Source: a virus (Duplodnaviria > Heunggongvirae > Uroviricota > Caudoviricetes). From it: a stretch of 64,000 bases of DNA. The DNA is taken from IMG/VR virus record IMGVR_UViG_3300037400_006466, positions 1 to 64,000 of that record; one strand, 5' to 3'. Shown here piece by piece: positions 29,136 to 39,604 of the stretch. Under the pieces are notes generated by a model. It made no database searches and was not told where the DNA came from. It saw only the letters and a list, made by a program, of their open reading frames with translations. Within the stretch, counting starts at the first letter, position 1. Every line of letters begins with the position of its first letter. The position numbers and the translations under genes were made by a program.

Positions 29136-29681
29136 TTAAAGAGCTCTCTCAGAATATGTTCCCCACAAGATACCCACTTGACAGGATAACTGACTGGCTG
29201 ATTCATAACTGTAGGATATCTGAGATACAGAAGTGACATATACCTCTTTGAAAACCCACTCATATACAGGGTCAAGGGATTCAGCAGTAGAAGAGGAATC
29301 ATATGCAGTGACTGTCATACTTGCTATCTTCTTCTTAGGGTCCCTATAATATCTTCCGTTATCATCTATAAGCTGGAGTTTTCTTAGGGTCTCATAGGTC
29401 TTGTACCCTGAATCTATCCTTACATCAAGACTCAGAACCTTTGATATATCAGCTTGAGGAACAGGTATGGATATATTGGTGTTCTGCCATGGAATCTCTG
29501 TGGTAGTGACATCTCTCTTGGGTGCCACAAAGGTCTTTGACCTTAAGGTGATTCCCTTAAGGTCTGAGTCATCTGCAACAGAGTTGGAAAGACCAGACAT
29601 CTCAATCTTGAATAGATTAAGGCTGGCATCTGTTCCTAAGCTTATAAGGTCATGAAGGAACTTGTTTGTTTCCAAAGACAT
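29136..29681 (-). CDS. Tail tube-like paralog 3
   Basis: DLISLGTDASLNLF..RIDSGY..YEWVFKEVY. Confidence 0.7.
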   Translation of the reverse strand: MSLETNKFLHDLISLGTDASLNLFKIEMSGLSNSVADDSDLKGITLRSKTFVAPKRDVTTTEIPWQNTNISIPVPQADISKVLSLDVRIDSGYKTYETLRKLQLIDDNGRYYRDPKKKIASMTVTAYDSSSTAESLDPVYEWVFKEVYVTSVSQISYSYESASQLSCQVGILWGTYSERAL

Positions 29682-29693
29682 TATGCAACCTCT

Positions 29694-30329
29694 TTAGAAA
29701 AGACCTGATTCTCTGGCAGCCCTATTATTGTCCACAACAGTCTGTGTTGCTCCGAATCCAGATTCAATATCGTACATCTCCAAGAAGTTTATTGTGACAG
29801 ACACCTTGATATTCTCAGAACTGGCATTGTTGAACTTAGGAGTATCTATCTTGGTTATCCAACAATTATGGAATTCATATAGCTTCTTCTTGTCAGATTC
29901 CTTTATGTTCTCTGAGGGCATACCGTCCTTAAGGGCATATACTGAGACCTTGAAAAGCTTATCCTTTATTGCCTTAAGATCTGTGGCAGCAAATGAATGG
30001 GAGGCATTGAGAGTGAGATTCTTCTGTTTCTCCAGCTTCTTGAACACTTCCCAATTGGCATCCATTCTGAAATCAATATTGAAGTTCCTTGTTATCTCTG
30101 CCTTAGCCCTTGGCCATTCCACAAATGCTGTGATATATTTAACCTGATAACTGTCATTTGTAATTGGTGGAGGGGTGAACCCAGATGTCCTTATGGACAT
30201 ATTCTGTGCGAACTTAGCAGAAGAACTGAACTCACCACCAGTGAACACAATTTCATAAAGATTACTGTGAGCATCATTTCCAGCACCTATGAGATCCTGT
30301 AAATAATTATCATTGATTGTAAGTGCCAT
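29694..30329 (-). CDS. Tail tube-like paralog 2
   Basis: DLIGAGNDAHSNLY..FRMDANW..YEFHNCWI. Confidence 0.7.
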   Translation of the reverse strand: MALTINDNYLQDLIGAGNDAHSNLYEIVFTGGEFSSSAKFAQNMSIRTSGFTPPPITNDSYQVKYITAFVEWPRAKAEITRNFNIDFRMDANWEVFKKLEKQKNLTLNASHSFAATDLKAIKDKLFKVSVYALKDGMPSENIKESDKKKLYEFHNCWITKIDTPKFNNASSENIKVSVTINFLEMYDIESGFGATQTVVDNNRAARESGLF

Positions 30330-30339
30330 TCATTTCTCC

Positions 30340-30915
30340 TTATACAAACAACAGATTCTCAGGGTCATCAAAATCCTGGAAGGAAACCTCCACCTTTACA
30401 GTGAGAGGTGTGGAGCTGTCATAACCATATGTGAGTCCGTTTATCTCTCTAATCCAGCAGTTCCTGAACTCATAGAGCTTCTTGAAAGAACCAGAGGTAT
30501 CCCCTACACCTGTATTCATGCCATTATAGGCATAAACCTGGACAGTGAAATGGTTACCATCTTTATCCACATTAGGATTTATGTATCCTAAATTGGAGAT
30601 TGATGTCTTTTTCTTCTGCTTGACAAGAGCCTCATACACAAGATAGTTCTCATCCACTCTGAAAGTGAATGAAAGCTTCTTGTCACCCTGTATCTCAGGC
30701 TTGGGCATATCAACGCTCACAGTCATGAAGTTCTTGGTATCAGTGGTCTGACTGAAGGCAGGAGGTGTGAAATCCCCTGACCTGACCTTCAGTGCATTGG
30801 TTATCTTCTCAAGTTCTCCCCCATTGAACTGGAGGTAATATAGATTGGTCAATGCATCTGAACCTGCTTTAATCAAGTCAGATACATAATTCTTTGTTGA
30901 ACCTGCTAAAGGCAT
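30340..30915 (-). CDS. Tail tube protein (paralog 1)
   Basis: DLIKAGSDALTNLY..FRVDENY..YEFRNCWI; directly downstream of sheath. Confidence 0.75.
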   Translation of the reverse strand: MPLAGSTKNYVSDLIKAGSDALTNLYYLQFNGGELEKITNALKVRSGDFTPPAFSQTTDTKNFMTVSVDMPKPEIQGDKKLSFTFRVDENYLVYEALVKQKKKTSISNLGYINPNVDKDGNHFTVQVYAYNGMNTGVGDTSGSFKKLYEFRNCWIREINGLTYGYDSSTPLTVKVEVSFQDFDDPENLLFV

Positions 30916-30928
30916 ATCTTAAAACTCC

Positions 30929-33079
30929 TTATTGGGCAACGTTTACTATGGAATCCTGACCCTCATTGGTGAAGTTGAGCTCAACCTTCTCAGAGAACAC
31001 ATCAACCTGAACTCTCACCTTGATGACAAACTTTCTTGCCTTAAGGGCATATACATCATTGACTCCATCAGCAGTGGAGGTGTCACATTCAGCCCAAGCC
31101 CAAATCCTATCAGAACCGTTAAGTCTCTGTGCAAGATATGCATCAACCTGGTCTTTTCTGAGTGCCCTGTAATAAGGGTTGTTAGGCTTACCAATCTGAG
31201 GAATCATGACGTTGGCTCTGACCTGCTTGAGGAAGTTAAGGAATGCAGCTACGTGTCCTATGTAACTCCAGTCTGTCATGCTTCCTGATTTGCAGGTTTT
31301 CTGACCTGTCACCATGATACCATACTGTCTGTCATTGATGACCGGATTGTAGTTGAGGTCATCAAGGATGTCAAGCTGTCTCTTATTGTACTTGTATTTG
31401 AGCTTATAGACATTTATCATGTCGAGCTGACCACCAAGTCCGACACCACTCACTGAGGTATTCTCCCACATAGGAGCGGCTCCACCGAACTTATACTGAA
31501 GAATTCTGGCAATCATTCTTGCATATGCTCCAGTAAGTGAAGATAGGAACCTTGTTCCTTTTGTCCTGTCCTCTATGATACCTAAGTTACAGATATTCCA
31601 GTAATTGTATCCATCACCTAGTTTACTGCTAACATCCACCTTCTCACCTTTTTCACCTAAAGTATCAGGTGAAAGGGTCTTGTTGAACACATATCCTGCA
31701 AGATTATGTGAGGTATAATCATCTGTGGCAAGTCCAAGGAAAACCTCATTTGCAGTTGAATCAGCACCTTCATGGGACTCAGACTCAAAGAAGATATCAA
31801 CATCTGAGTACTCACTGTCCTTGGCCTTGTTCCAACCATCAGTATAGATGTCTCCTGTAGTAACTCTTACTCCACCTTCAAGTTCTATGGAACCGAACCC
31901 CTTTATAGTGGAATCCACATTATCTGTATCCTCAAACTTCCTGAAAACATAGACACCTACAAGGTTCTGGCTGTTGTAGGAAGCATTCATTGCAGAGAAC
32001 CCTATGAATGAACCATCTGAAGCCCTTGCTTTGGTGTCCAATGAACCCTCCATGTAAATGGAATTGGTGGAATCATGGAAAGCACCCTCTTCAAACACTC
32101 TCATCTTGAGTATGTTCCAGTTCTTGGCCTCTGAACCATCATATCCTGTTATAGGGTCAAAGCTACTGAAGCTTATGCTGAGTTTTCTGTCACTTGGGAA
32201 CTTGGGGAATATGACAGCATAAACATCATTTTTATTAAGAGTATCAACCCAATATGACTTTATAGATTTTCTTACCTCAGGAACACTCACATTTCTCAGT
32301 ATGTTTGCATCTCCATAGATGTATATCCATAAGTCATCATTTGCTCCAAACTGACTTGATGTCTTCCATCCTCCAGTGGGATTCTGAGCTAAAAAGACTC
32401 CTATTTGAGTATTATTATTTTTCTTTATAGAGTATCCTTCTTTATCTACAGTATAATCAGCGACTACATCTCCATTCTCTATCCTTAATTTATTAGGGAT
32501 ACTTGAAGCATTTGATTTCTTGATGCCTGTATATATGAGAAGACCTCCCAGTTCAGATCCTCCAGTTATAGCTGTAATATCCTGATATCCAGGAATACGA
32601 TAATCGAACTCTGATTTTCCAGGGAGACCATATCTTTCAGGATATCTTGTATCCCTTAGAAATTCCTGCGATGCGCTTCCCACATTACTAAGGAAAATGG
32701 TATCAGCACCTTTTATATTATCTTCTTCTCCAAGGACATATTTCTCAATGGCCTCATTATAATCTATGAGACTTCCACCCTTGACAATACCATTAGGTGT
32801 AAGATATGCCACAGGTATCTTGGTTCCCTTAGCATAAGGAGCAGAGACATAGAGGTCATATTCCCTATTGAAGGTTTCAGCTTCAAACAAATTAGGATAA
32901 TCCTTGGATGACACACCGAAGATGTCCTTGAGGTCTGATGCCCCGTTTTTATAGATCTTCACAGGAGTACAGGGTCCTTTAGGGGCCTTGACTACAGTAA
33001 ATCCTGTTATTTCAGTTGTCTCCTGCACATAAGTTGTAGAATTATCTGTGATATTTATGACTACTCTTGAAGTATCCAT
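30929..33079 (-). CDS. Tail sheath protein
   Basis: KAPKGP, YNPVI..GQKT, IGKPNN..R, VRVQVDVFSEKVELNFTN. Confidence 0.85.
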   Translation of the reverse strand: MDTSRVVINITDNSTTYVQETTEITGFTVVKAPKGPCTPVKIYKNGASDLKDIFGVSSKDYPNLFEAETFNREYDLYVSAPYAKGTKIPVAYLTPNGIVKGGSLIDYNEAIEKYVLGEEDNIKGADTIFLSNVGSASQEFLRDTRYPERYGLPGKSEFDYRIPGYQDITAITGGSELGGLLIYTGIKKSNASSIPNKLRIENGDVVADYTVDKEGYSIKKNNNTQIGVFLAQNPTGGWKTSSQFGANDDLWIYIYGDANILRNVSVPEVRKSIKSYWVDTLNKNDVYAVIFPKFPSDRKLSISFSSFDPITGYDGSEAKNWNILKMRVFEEGAFHDSTNSIYMEGSLDTKARASDGSFIGFSAMNASYNSQNLVGVYVFRKFEDTDNVDSTIKGFGSIELEGGVRVTTGDIYTDGWNKAKDSEYSDVDIFFESESHEGADSTANEVFLGLATDDYTSHNLAGYVFNKTLSPDTLGEKGEKVDVSSKLGDGYNYWNICNLGIIEDRTKGTRFLSSLTGAYARMIARILQYKFGGAAPMWENTSVSGVGLGGQLDMINVYKLKYKYNKRQLDILDDLNYNPVINDRQYGIMVTGQKTCKSGSMTDWSYIGHVAAFLNFLKQVRANVMIPQIGKPNNPYYRALRKDQVDAYLAQRLNGSDRIWAWAECDTSTADGVNDVYALKARKFVIKVRVQVDVFSEKVELNFTNEGQDSIVNVAQ

Positions 33080-33141
33080 GTATGATGGTTCTCCTATTTT
33101 CAGTATCTAATATTAGTCAGTTTAATTAGTTATAAAATATA

Positions 33142-34560
33142 TTACCAGGTGATTCCCACAAGAGAATTGAGAGTGCCCTGTCTTTTCTGCTCATCTTCCC
33201 TTGACATAGGTGTCACAAAGTTCACTGTGAATCTCTTAGAATCCCCATTTTTAGATATGAACACCATATACCCATAATATTGGCTGTTGGATTTCAAACC
33301 CTCAAGAAGATATGAAGTGGATTCAGTGTCTATGATAGTAATATCCTTATGGTTATATAAATGAAGCTCTATTCTTTCAATATCCTCAGGTGAGAGGCCT
33401 TCCCCGTATGACCATGATATCTCATTGGAATAAGGGGTCACTTTGGTGATATAATCCAACTTAGTTATATCAAGCATTGAAGGTTCATAGGCACCATTCC
33501 ATCTTATTGAATGACAATCCAATTCATACTCGGGTGAAGTATATCTTCCATTCAATTCATCCCATATATACATTCTTGTCAAAGGTAAGTTATGCATTAC
33601 TTCACCTTTACTGTCCAATACGGGATTATCCATATCCATATGTGAATCTATATAAATTACACCTTTTTCACCTTCTTCTGGGAAAGCTTTTGTTCCTACA
33701 CAAGTCTGTGTATCTTCATCAAAACCAGCATCAAATGTCTGAACTTTAGTATCCTCATTGTTGGACAGATTGAGAATAACATCATCCACGATGTAATAGA
33801 AGCTGATGCCATCCTCATAAGTCCCACCATCAGAAAGAGTTCCATCTGGATTCACTGAAATATCATAATCAGGTTGCTCTGGAGGATATATGAGATATGT
33901 TCTCATTGCGACGGTGCATTTTATAACGAACACCCTTTGTCTTTTGAGCCAGTCTGTCTCCTTGAACTGAGGATTGAACTGAATGTCCTTTATTTCAAGA
34001 ACCATGGGAAGTCCCAGGACATTGGTGTTCTGAGAGAAAGTGCCATTATTGTTCAGTGTGTCACTTCTTCCATACGGGACATTCACCGAATCATTATGTT
34101 CATTGAATGAGTAGAAATAGAGTCTGTCATAGGCGAATCTTGCATCGTCTTCTCTATCAAACCAAATGGTGACTGGAACGTCCATTATGCCTGATGCAGC
34201 CCTTACTTTTGTGTTTCCCACATATATACCTTCATATACAAGAGGAGCAGGATTGGCTGCATATCTTGTATCAGCCTTCCACCCTGTATTCAAAGGCCAG
34301 TAATTGGCAAAAGGAAATCTCAGTGACTCAAAATCAAGAGTCTCAAAATCCTTGCTGGTGTCTGTCAACTCAAATCTTCTTCTGAAGCAATAGTCATCAG
34401 AGGCCAGAAAGACCCTTGAGGTGTCATTTCTGAAAAGATTGGAGGCAAACCATTTCTCAATGTATTTGTATATGTGATAATAGGAATTGATGTAGCTGTT
34501 ATGCACATAATACTGTGAAGCTTTCAATTCCCCTGAAGAGTATTTCTGAGGTGTTCCCAT
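33142..34560 (-). CDS. Tail completion/terminator protein (gp15-like) with C-terminal FN3-like domain
   Basis: LRFPFANY; upstream of sheath; SYLLEGLKSNSQY. Confidence 0.55.
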   Translation of the reverse strand: MGTPQKYSSGELKASQYYVHNSYINSYYHIYKYIEKWFASNLFRNDTSRVFLASDDYCFRRRFELTDTSKDFETLDFESLRFPFANYWPLNTGWKADTRYAANPAPLVYEGIYVGNTKVRAASGIMDVPVTIWFDREDDARFAYDRLYFYSFNEHNDSVNVPYGRSDTLNNNGTFSQNTNVLGLPMVLEIKDIQFNPQFKETDWLKRQRVFVIKCTVAMRTYLIYPPEQPDYDISVNPDGTLSDGGTYEDGISFYYIVDDVILNLSNNEDTKVQTFDAGFDEDTQTCVGTKAFPEEGEKGVIYIDSHMDMDNPVLDSKGEVMHNLPLTRMYIWDELNGRYTSPEYELDCHSIRWNGAYEPSMLDITKLDYITKVTPYSNEISWSYGEGLSPEDIERIELHLYNHKDITIIDTESTSYLLEGLKSNSQYYGYMVFISKNGDSKRFTVNFVTPMSREDEQKRQGTLNSLVGITW

Positions 34561-34602
34561 AAGTTAATTAGTGGATTAGGGATACCCTCTAATGATGAAG
34601 GG

Positions 34603-35604
34603 TCACCTGTTCATCAGGTAACCCTTACATTCATCTATCACATCCTGACTGAGAGGAGGATTCTGAATCTTCGCGAACTCATCAAACATATCCATCATGT
34701 TAAGGTTCTTTATGGTCTCAAAGCCTGAGTCCCAGCTCACTCTCCTTCTTACAGTGGAATCCACAAGATTGGAAGTGACCTTCTTGATGAACACATTGCC
34801 ATATTTTGACCTTGCCACAGATTCAGAACCACAATTCAGGATTGTATAGATAGGTACCTGACACTTTGATTTGGGAAGTCTGTCAGGATAAGTCACGTTT
34901 ATGAACTCATTGAAAACAGGAAGAGGCTCTTCTCTCCATCCTTCATCATCAAGTATCTGAACAGCCCTTGATGAGTCATTCTCACCTTTCTTACAGGCAA
35001 AGACAGAACCTATGTATCTGTCGGGTCTTATGTACCTTGTATGAATATGCCCCAGAAGAATCCTTCCTGCATCAAGCTTGTCAAGGTTTCTGACCACATC
35101 GAGCTCTCCACCGAAAACGATGCTCTCATCATTGAAATGACCCAACACGAAATCATAGTGCTTCTGGAACCTCTGATTATTCCAAAGGCTTCCGTAATAC
35201 TCACCCATGGTCTGACCGAAATAGTTGACACCTTTGAAATACGGAAGAAGAAGGCCTTTTCTTCCGTCCACATCAATCTCAGAGACTTCCTCATAGATAT
35301 GGAAGGTAGGCTTGTTCTTGAGGAACTCATAGGCCAGCTGATTGGCGTCATTCACCTTTCTTATATCATGGTTTCCCACACAGATATACACCCCGTCAAA
35401 TCTGGAATACATGGCGAACTTCTCAAGATAATCTGCCACAGTCCCTGTGAGAAGGGCGTTCTCAACAAGGTCACCTGCAAGAACAAGTGAATTACCTGGT
35501 CTGTTCAGATCCCATGACTTGTACCATTCAAGGAAGTTCATGCAGATAATCTTGAAGTATTCCTTATCATCCCTAAGATGAATGTCTCCCATGAAAACAA
35601 CCAT
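34603..35604 (-). CDS. SbcD/Mre11/gp47-like metallophosphoesterase nuclease
   Basis: GDIH, AGDL, VGNHD, LGH, LGHIH motifs. Confidence 0.9.
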   Translation of the reverse strand: MVVFMGDIHLRDDKEYFKIICMNFLEWYKSWDLNRPGNSLVLAGDLVENALLTGTVADYLEKFAMYSRFDGVYICVGNHDIRKVNDANQLAYEFLKNKPTFHIYEEVSEIDVDGRKGLLLPYFKGVNYFGQTMGEYYGSLWNNQRFQKHYDFVLGHFNDESIVFGGELDVVRNLDKLDAGRILLGHIHTRYIRPDRYIGSVFACKKGENDSSRAVQILDDEGWREEPLPVFNEFINVTYPDRLPKSKCQVPIYTILNCGSESVARSKYGNVFIKKVTSNLVDSTVRRRVSWDSGFETIKNLNMMDMFDEFAKIQNPPLSQDVIDECKGYLMNR

Positions 35605-36620
35605 TAAGCCTTACTCCTCTTTATGTTTCCGAATACGAATTCCTTGGATGCATCCAACCCTATGGCACCTCTGACTGTATGATACAGAGTGCTGTCATCT
35701 CTTCCAGACGTCAATGACTGGTTTATGACATCCATACCGCAGGGTATGGGTGACACAAGCTGTATATTGGATATGAAGGCCTTCTCATTTTGGGATATGA
35801 CCTTCAGTATAGGATTGGTCTCCCTTAGGGTCTTGTCTCTGGATTCTAATATAAGCATCTCAAGGGAGCTCTGATTGTCAATCATTCCCAGAATCTCCAG
35901 GAAAGCCTTCAATGTGGAATCATTGAACGGAACAAGGGACTTTATGTTGTCAGAAGGGTCACCGAAAATGCTCTTGTACAGGATAACCCCTTTCTTGGTG
36001 GGATAATACCCTTTCCTATCCTCGAATCCTCTTATATTCTCTGGTCCCTGTGAAAAATCAGGTATCCAGTCAACGTTGGGAAGAAGATATCTGGCCCAGT
36101 CCTCATCAGTAGTCACCATGAGGGCTTTAATCTCACTTCCCTTGACTCCTAACTTTCTCATCAAGGGCTCCACCAAATCATCAGCTTCCAGTCCGTCTAC
36201 TCTGAGGGTATGATATCTTGAAGGTCCTATAAGGTAATAATACCTGAGAAAATTGATTGAATTGTAGAACTCCCTTGTGTTCTTCTTTCTTGTGGCCTTG
36301 TAGGATTCCTCAATCTTCCTCCTGTCAGCGAACATATAGGTTGTCCTAAGATCTGCCTTTGAGAAATAGTTGTCAAACAGGAAATATACCTGCCCCCCTC
36401 TCTTGAGATACTTGTCCTCCAGTTCAGTGACGGTATCTATGAACTTGCAGACTGAATCCCTATAGATGGACTTCTTGGAAAGCTGCAAGGGAGTCTCACC
36501 TTTCTGTTTGAAAGTCCTATAAGCGAGATTGACACTATCCACAATAATCAAATCATATTTTCTCTGTATATCTTCCATCTGACCCTCATCATATATCTTA
36601 TCACCCTGAGGTGCTGACAC
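35604..36620 (-). CDS. 5'-3' exonuclease / phage RNase H (FEN family)
   Basis: IVDS.NL, YKATR, EADD, TDEDW, GDPSDNI. Confidence 0.9.
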   Translation of the reverse strand: MSAPQGDKIYDEGQMEDIQRKYDLIIVDSVNLAYRTFKQKGETPLQLSKKSIYRDSVCKFIDTVTELEDKYLKRGGQVYFLFDNYFSKADLRTTYMFADRRKIEESYKATRKKNTREFYNSINFLRYYYLIGPSRYHTLRVDGLEADDLVEPLMRKLGVKGSEIKALMVTTDEDWARYLLPNVDWIPDFSQGPENIRGFEDRKGYYPTKKGVILYKSIFGDPSDNIKSLVPFNDSTLKAFLEILGMIDNQSSLEMLILESRDKTLRETNPILKVISQNEKAFISNIQLVSPIPCGMDVINQSLTSGRDDSTLYHTVRGAIGLDASKEFVFGNIKRSKA

Positions 36621-36659
36621 TGTTTCATATGACGTAATCCGCCATCAAATCTAATATAA

Positions 36660-36940
36660 GCTCATTATTACTGAATCTGTGGTTTTCACCCTCTGTATAT
36701 AAATATATATAATATGATCTAAATACTATTATTATATACAACCATTATCGTGCACGAACCATTAAGATAAAAAAACTATTATGTATGGAGATCCTAAAAA
36801 TAGTAAATAGTTTTTCCTGATATACTACTATAGAGATATGGGTATTTTTCAGTTAACTCTTTTTGTAGTATGTACTTGTATAAGAATACATAAGAAAATC
36901 ACCCCGTCTGCCGCCGCCCTTTTGGAGAAAATATCTTCTC
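36660..36940. other. AT-rich divergent intergenic region at strand switch (candidate origin or packaging/terminus site)
   Basis: Palindrome TCGTGCACGA flanked by AACCATTA repeats, inverted repeats, GC-rich patch. Confidence 0.35.
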
Positions 36941-36952
36941 ACTAATTTTTTC

Positions 36953-37303
36953 ATGTCAAAGAAATCAGAGAACCCTCAGAACCCCGCTGACATACTGGGA
37001 TTCTATTACATAGTGTTTCAGACCACCTTCACAGGTTACGTGAGATGCTGGATAGACGGGTCACCCAATTACAGATACTTCTCCACATCAGATTTCATAG
37101 GACTCTTTGAGAAGATAAACGCCCCCTTCAATGTCATATACAAGGTAAGGGATTGTCTTGATACATCATGTATCTTCTTGTGGGATATAGCTCATTCCAG
37201 CATAAAGCAGCTGAGACCGCAGCAGTCACAGGAATCACTTTCCTCTGAGATAAACAAAATGAATCCGTTTTATGTCAAGGAGAACCGTTTCACATCCAAG
37301 TAG
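36953..37303 (+). CDS. Hypothetical late protein, probably leaderless
   Basis: ATG 5 nt after ACTAATT at 36941-36947. Confidence 0.7.
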   Translation: MSKKSENPQNPADILGFYYIVFQTTFTGYVRCWIDGSPNYRYFSTSDFIGLFEKINAPFNVIYKVRDCLDTSCIFLWDIAHSSIKQLRPQQSQESLSSEINKMNPFYVKENRFTSK

Positions 37304-37329
37304 CTTTATATTAAAGTTGAGATGTTAAA

Positions 37330-38322
37330 ATGAACGGAAATGAGATTTCACGGCGTGAACTCACAAATGAGGTCGTGTCTTATTTAGGACTTATACCAAA
37401 AAGCAAAATATTCTCCAACACATCCAAGATGATGTTCCATTGTCCTTTCCATAAGGACAATCATCCCAGTCTTGGTATAGACCTCAATAAAGGTGTATAC
37501 AACTGTTTCTCATGCGGTAGGAAAGGCGGGGTGGAGAATCTTTTCTATGAGGCCACAGGAGAAAGTCTCTACAGTCATTTGGGTATAAAGACCAATAATG
37601 ACAACTTCTCACTTTTTTCCAGAAAACCTCAGGTTATCACTGACAGAACAGAACCTAATCTTTCCAAGAAAAGGGTATACCTCAACTATGACAGCACCTC
37701 CTTGATTCCTGCCCTTGAGAACAAGGATTGTGTTGAGTATCTGAGAAGGCGTGGTATATCCCTGGAGCTGGCCAAATCCGCAGGATTTCTTTATGCTGAG
37801 GATACATCAATAAACGGGACAAGATTCAGACATAGGATATGCATACCAGTATATGAGAACGGAACACTGCAGACCATAGAGGGAAGGAGACTGTCAGACG
37901 ATGATTCAGGTCCTAAGGTCCTATATCCCAAGAACACCACAGTAAACACACTCTACGATATAGATAACCTTGATAAAAGCTCCACATTATATGGTGTGGA
38001 GGGTCTTATGGACCTTTTTGTCCTTAGAGGATGCGATGTCTTCAATAACTCCACATCCATATTCGGAGCCAATGTGACTGACAGACAATTGAAATTGCTG
38101 AGTCAGTTTAAAAAATTTATATATATACCAGATAATGATTCAGCTGGGGAGAGTACAATTCAAAAACTTAAAAATTCAAAAAATCTAAATTTAGGTATTT
38201 TGAAATTGCCTAAAAAATTAGAAAATAAAGATATAAAAGATGTTGGTGATTTACCAAAAATAGGACTTAATGTAAATTTTTTAGTTGAAAGAAAATGGCT
38301 TAATTATGTTAAGGATTATTAA
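37330..38322 (+). CDS. dnaG: DNA primase (CHC2 zinc finger + TOPRIM)
   Basis: CPFHKDNHPS..CFSC; VEGLMD; PDNDSAG; KDVGD. Confidence 0.9.
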   Translation: MNGNEISRRELTNEVVSYLGLIPKSKIFSNTSKMMFHCPFHKDNHPSLGIDLNKGVYNCFSCGRKGGVENLFYEATGESLYSHLGIKTNNDNFSLFSRKPQVITDRTEPNLSKKRVYLNYDSTSLIPALENKDCVEYLRRRGISLELAKSAGFLYAEDTSINGTRFRHRICIPVYENGTLQTIEGRRLSDDDSGPKVLYPKNTTVNTLYDIDNLDKSSTLYGVEGLMDLFVLRGCDVFNNSTSIFGANVTDRQLKLLSQFKKFIYIPDNDSAGESTIQKLKNSKNLNLGILKLPKKLENKDIKDVGDLPKIGLNVNFLVERKWLNYVKDY

Positions 38323-38370
38323 AAGTGGTTTATATATATGATATAAATAAATTTTTTAACTAATTACTTT

Positions 38371-39285
38371 ATGAAAACATTAGAAGAATTAAAAAGTTTA
38401 GATTTGAATACTATAACATTTTCAGAATTCTTTAAAAATGAAATTATATATAATTCAAGAAAAGAAGCAACTTGTAAAGGGTATGAAGCAGAACATTTGA
38501 TAAGTGTATCACAACAAATGAAAGAATATAATTTGAAGAATAATACACATTATAAAAGTAGAGTAACTTTTGAAAGGGAGGTAGGAGTTCCTGATGATAG
38601 ATGTTATAGAGTAACTCCACTAGAACATATCATATCTCATTTCTTAAAGGCAAAAGAAGATGAAAATGAAATTTATATTTTTGAAATGATGACAAGACTT
38701 AATTTTAAGAAGTTAAAGGAATCTGAAAAGAATATATTAGATACTCTTATTAAAATATCTTATTTGAGAGAATTAGGAGTAAAAAAGATGTCTGAAACTT
38801 TAAAAGGAAAGTCTTGTAAAAATAAAGGTAAGACTATGAAAGAAATTACAGGCAATCCCAATTATGTTGATCCTAAAAAAGGTAGAACTATGAAGGAGAT
38901 TACAGGTAATGAAAATTGGGTAAGTCCAAGAACTGGAAGTAAACTTTCAGAAGAAACTATAAAGAAATTAAGAGAATCCCATTCAACAGAAGAATATAGA
39001 AAAAAATTTAGAGCATCTAAATGTGGAAAATCCTCTAGTTTGAAAGGTATTCCAAGAACAAAAGATGTAAAAGAAAAGATTTCAGAGTCTAAAAGAAAAC
39101 TTGTTAAAGTAACATACCCCAATGGGGATATTAAATTTTTTAAGGGATTAGATACTTTTGTAAAAGAAACTTTTTTAGAAAAAAATAAATCTGCTTATAA
39201 TAGTTTTTTAAAAAGAAAAAGTTATAAAGGTTTTAGTATAGAATATATTTTAGATAAAGAGTCAATATCCCAATTCAATGAATGA
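38371..39285 (+). CDS. Free-standing HNH homing endonuclease with NUMOD3 motifs
   Basis: EAEHLI..DDRCYRVTPLEHIISH; KLSEETIKKLRES; very AT-rich. Confidence 0.75.
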   Translation: MKTLEELKSLDLNTITFSEFFKNEIIYNSRKEATCKGYEAEHLISVSQQMKEYNLKNNTHYKSRVTFEREVGVPDDRCYRVTPLEHIISHFLKAKEDENEIYIFEMMTRLNFKKLKESEKNILDTLIKISYLRELGVKKMSETLKGKSCKNKGKTMKEITGNPNYVDPKKGRTMKEITGNENWVSPRTGSKLSEETIKKLRESHSTEEYRKKFRASKCGKSSSLKGIPRTKDVKEKISESKRKLVKVTYPNGDIKFFKGLDTFVKETFLEKNKSAYNSFLKRKSYKGFSIEYILDKESISQFNE

Positions 39286-39338
39286 AATAAAACTAATTAT
39301 AAAAATAAAAATTTTTAAAAAATGGAGAAAATGTTAAA

Positions 39339-39602
39339 ATGGATGGACAGAGTTTAATTAAGTTTTTTGAGGCTGAGTATAGTAACGAACTTGAGGCTGA
39401 TGAGATAAAGAAGGCAATCTCAGATGAACTGAAGTCATATGCAGAGAACAATGAGATAAATCCCAAGGCCATGAAGACCGCTTATTCATTGTTCAAGAAG
39501 TTCAGGTCGGGAAAGAACACAGCTGTTGAATGCGAGGATTATGCTGAGCTTAGCGGTATAATAGAAAACTATTTTGCATCTGACGAAAGTGAGGGTGTGT
39601 AA
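39339..39602 (+). CDS. DsbA/GapR-like small DNA-binding protein
   Basis: EIKKAISDELKSYAENNEINPKAMKTAY pattern. Confidence 0.5.
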   Translation: MDGQSLIKFFEAEYSNELEADEIKKAISDELKSYAENNEINPKAMKTAYSLFKKFRSGKNTAVECEDYAELSGIIENYFASDESEGV

Positions 39603-39604
39603 GG

